Of a DNA stretch of 64,000 nt, positions 61,802 through 64,000 are shown piece by piece. A program made the translations under genes and the position numbers. Origin of the DNA: Polymyxa betae A26-41. Its lineage: Eukaryota > Protista > Endomyxa: Phytomyxea. The stretch spans positions 1 through 64,000 of the forward strand of contig RBZT01000631.1 of the NCBI GenBank assembly GCA_003693705.1, written 5' to 3'. Position 1 is the stretch's first letter, and every line of letters starts with the position of its first letter. Under the pieces are notes generated by a model. It did no database searches and had not been told where the DNA came from. It saw nothing but the letters and a program-made list of their open reading frames with translations.

Positions 61802-63022
61802 TCAAACAGCGATTTCTTTTTCAAATCCGGAATCTCTGCCCATTACTGGATATTCCTTCTCTTCCAACGAATGATATGAATCCCTAGTTGGAGGCAGGTC
61901 GTACATATCGGCCATCTCGATATCCTGGGAGCTGGAGCTCGTTCCATCAATATCAGCGGCGATCAGAGCGATCTTCTCGTTCTGGCTCTGCAGGAATTCT
62001 TTCGGCACCAAAGCCACACGAGCATCAGGCAACGTCGTCGTACGTACGATCATATTCACCACCGTAATTGAGATGACCGATATTCCAAGAAATCCCCAGA
62101 AATCACCTTCACTTCCCATGAAGATGATCGACAGAACATAGCCCAGAACAGGCGCAAACAACCGAATTACCGACGCCGCTGCCGCCGGTTCAATCTGCAA
62201 TCCGACGTTGATCAAGCAAAGTTCGATAAACGACAAGAGCCCAGAGCCGAATGCATACAGCAGAACCTTGGGCGGCGCGTTGGTCGGCAATTCCACGAAC
62301 ATGCACGGGAACGCCGTCATGATGATCCCGGTCGTACCGGACACCAGCGAGATGGGCAGGAAGTTGACCGTCTTCAGCTTACGTTGGGTAACAAACCCGA
62401 ATGCAGCCGTCGATCCTGCCAAGAAGCACAAGACGGTATAGAACAGATCGCCATCTTCTGTCTTGGTCTCTGGGAAGAGATTATGAGGCTGAGCTAACAG
62501 GAGAATGCCCGTCATGCCACTCAGCACAGATCCAATCTCTAATGGGCCAGCAGGTTCACCGAGAATATAATGTCCAGCCATTGTCGCATAAATCTGTTAT
62601 GGCGGTTAATCCAGGCGAATTGGAGCGAGTTTAGCGGCACATACCGGGACACTGAAGAAGAATACGGAGGCGAACCCGAGCTGTGATCCAAACATTTGTG
62701 TATAGAGGACGACATTCATCGAGAAACTGCTCAAACATGAACGAAGGAGGACAGTTAGAAATCGACCTCGGACAGCTTTTCGTGGATCAATTCGATACCA
62801 CCAGATTAAGATACCAGCCCAGGCTGTCTGCCATACAGAACGGCCCAATACGAACCACATGGCGTTGACGCCATGTGATCGACCAAGTTTACAGAATAGA
62901 AGACCAAATGCAAAGCAGAAAGTTGAGCCGAAGATCATAAAGGAACCACGACGATCCCAAAGGAAATCGGTCACGATGTTCCATGTCGGCCAACGAAGCT
63001 GTTGTAGCCGCTCTTTAGACAT
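61802..63022 (-). CDS. EamA/DMT superfamily transporter (SLC35G-like)
   Basis: Two exons (intron 62594-62644), about 10 hydrophobic helices, and duplicated EamA signatures (GHYILGE..G..LLAQP; GLQIEPAAAASVIR..LSIIFMG). Confidence 0.85.
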
Positions 63023-63393
63023 GGATGAAATGTAGACCGGATATGAACGCGTGCCAAAGTGGGACCATTACCATGAAATCCCAGGCAGGCTCCCGTCTTG
63101 TATACACTGAACCATCACGTCTTTTTTGTCGTTTGGAACATGCTGAAGACGTATCTGGAGAAGACAACGAAGAGATAAGGAGCCCTGTTAAAATAGAGCA
63201 TCAGTTGATGTGTGGTTATATGGAGTGATGGACTGTAATAGAATAACAATACAGTTGGAATTTCAAATCTATCAATGATATGATAGACTATTGCCAGCTA
63301 ACGACCAAAACCATGTGGCCACGACGACGTCACACAGCACTCGCTGGGCGACATTGAAAATCTCAGATGAGATATTAGTCTCAGCTCCGTTGG

Positions 63394-64000
63394 ATGTCAT
63401 CGCCTTTGCTGAAGTCCTCGCCCAGGCATCGTCGGAAGCGATCGCTCATACGACCAGTGAATCTGCCCAGTTTACAAAGCCTAGGTCGTGATCTTGACGA
63501 AGAGATTGAGCATGGCTACTATACAAATGGAGATATGAAGCCCCGAGCTCGTCGAGGTCCACCATCTCTCTCACTCCCTGGTATAAAAGTGTATCGGGAT
63601 AGTTTCCAATTCTTAATAACAAACCTCAGAGCCACACAAAAGACCGACTCACGAACCCATTAGATACTCTACTAGGGAACACGATGCAAGACGAAAGCGA
63701 CAAGAGATATCGTCAGGAGAGAGCTCAATGAAATTGTTGGACCTACTTTCACAGCGGCATGAAATTGTGTTTGCAAAGCACGAGGATCTGAAATGTATCG
63801 AAGACAGCAGACGAAGATCATCACGAGATTCAGCAAATTGAGGATGCAGAAACCAGAGCCCAGTTTGACTAAAATAAATAAATAGTTTGTACATCTATTA
63901 GGGGATGAGGACAGTGGTCATCCAAGCTGATCCATCATCACCGGCATATTCGAGATCGTCATCGATTCCGGCTGGCATATATGTAATTGAGCTATCTTGC
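63394..64000 (+). CDS. Hypothetical protein, 5' part (runs off window)
   Basis: ATG ORF MSSPLLKSSPRHRRKRSL..., followed by further same-strand exon-like frames. Confidence 0.35.

Overview
This is eukaryotic nuclear DNA from a very compact genome with many short (~45-60 nt) GT-AG introns, so most ORF-track entries are exon fragments or spurious. Gene content (LRRIQ3, MAP10 and PIH1-family genes; no operon structure) implies a flagellated protist. A plasmodiophorid or other rhizarian is my guess, by inference only. The intron-rich core includes Sec61beta (missed by the ORF track), RPS17, a PX-AGC kinase, VPS28, a LysM protein, NAA38/LSMD1, a bZIP-like factor, an SBDS paralog, an FHA protein, an active myotubularin, MAP10, LRRIQ3, a PNUTS-like protein, an ELO-family protein, GRAM-VASt, PIH1 and an EamA transporter. 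Three accessory blocks interrupt this core. (1) 1-4.1 kb: two copies of an unknown ankyrin-like family plus an intronless RING gene. (2) 18.3-24.8 kb: a tandem trio of intronless bacterial-type LCM/TIGR00027-like methyltransferases (two intact, one pseudogene), a Stowaway-like MITE and a third copy of the unknown family. (3) 46.7-49.3 kb: a decayed region with an intron-containing RPT4 fragment next to a Helitron-like remnant. Other highlights are precise intron loss and a duplicated, silenced start codon in one paralog, a 120-bp coding tandem repeat rich in QT motifs (candidate LC8 scaffold), an AGC kinase lacking its activation-loop Thr, and an elongase with a remodelled His box. Gene ends were spliced by eye and are approximate where stated.
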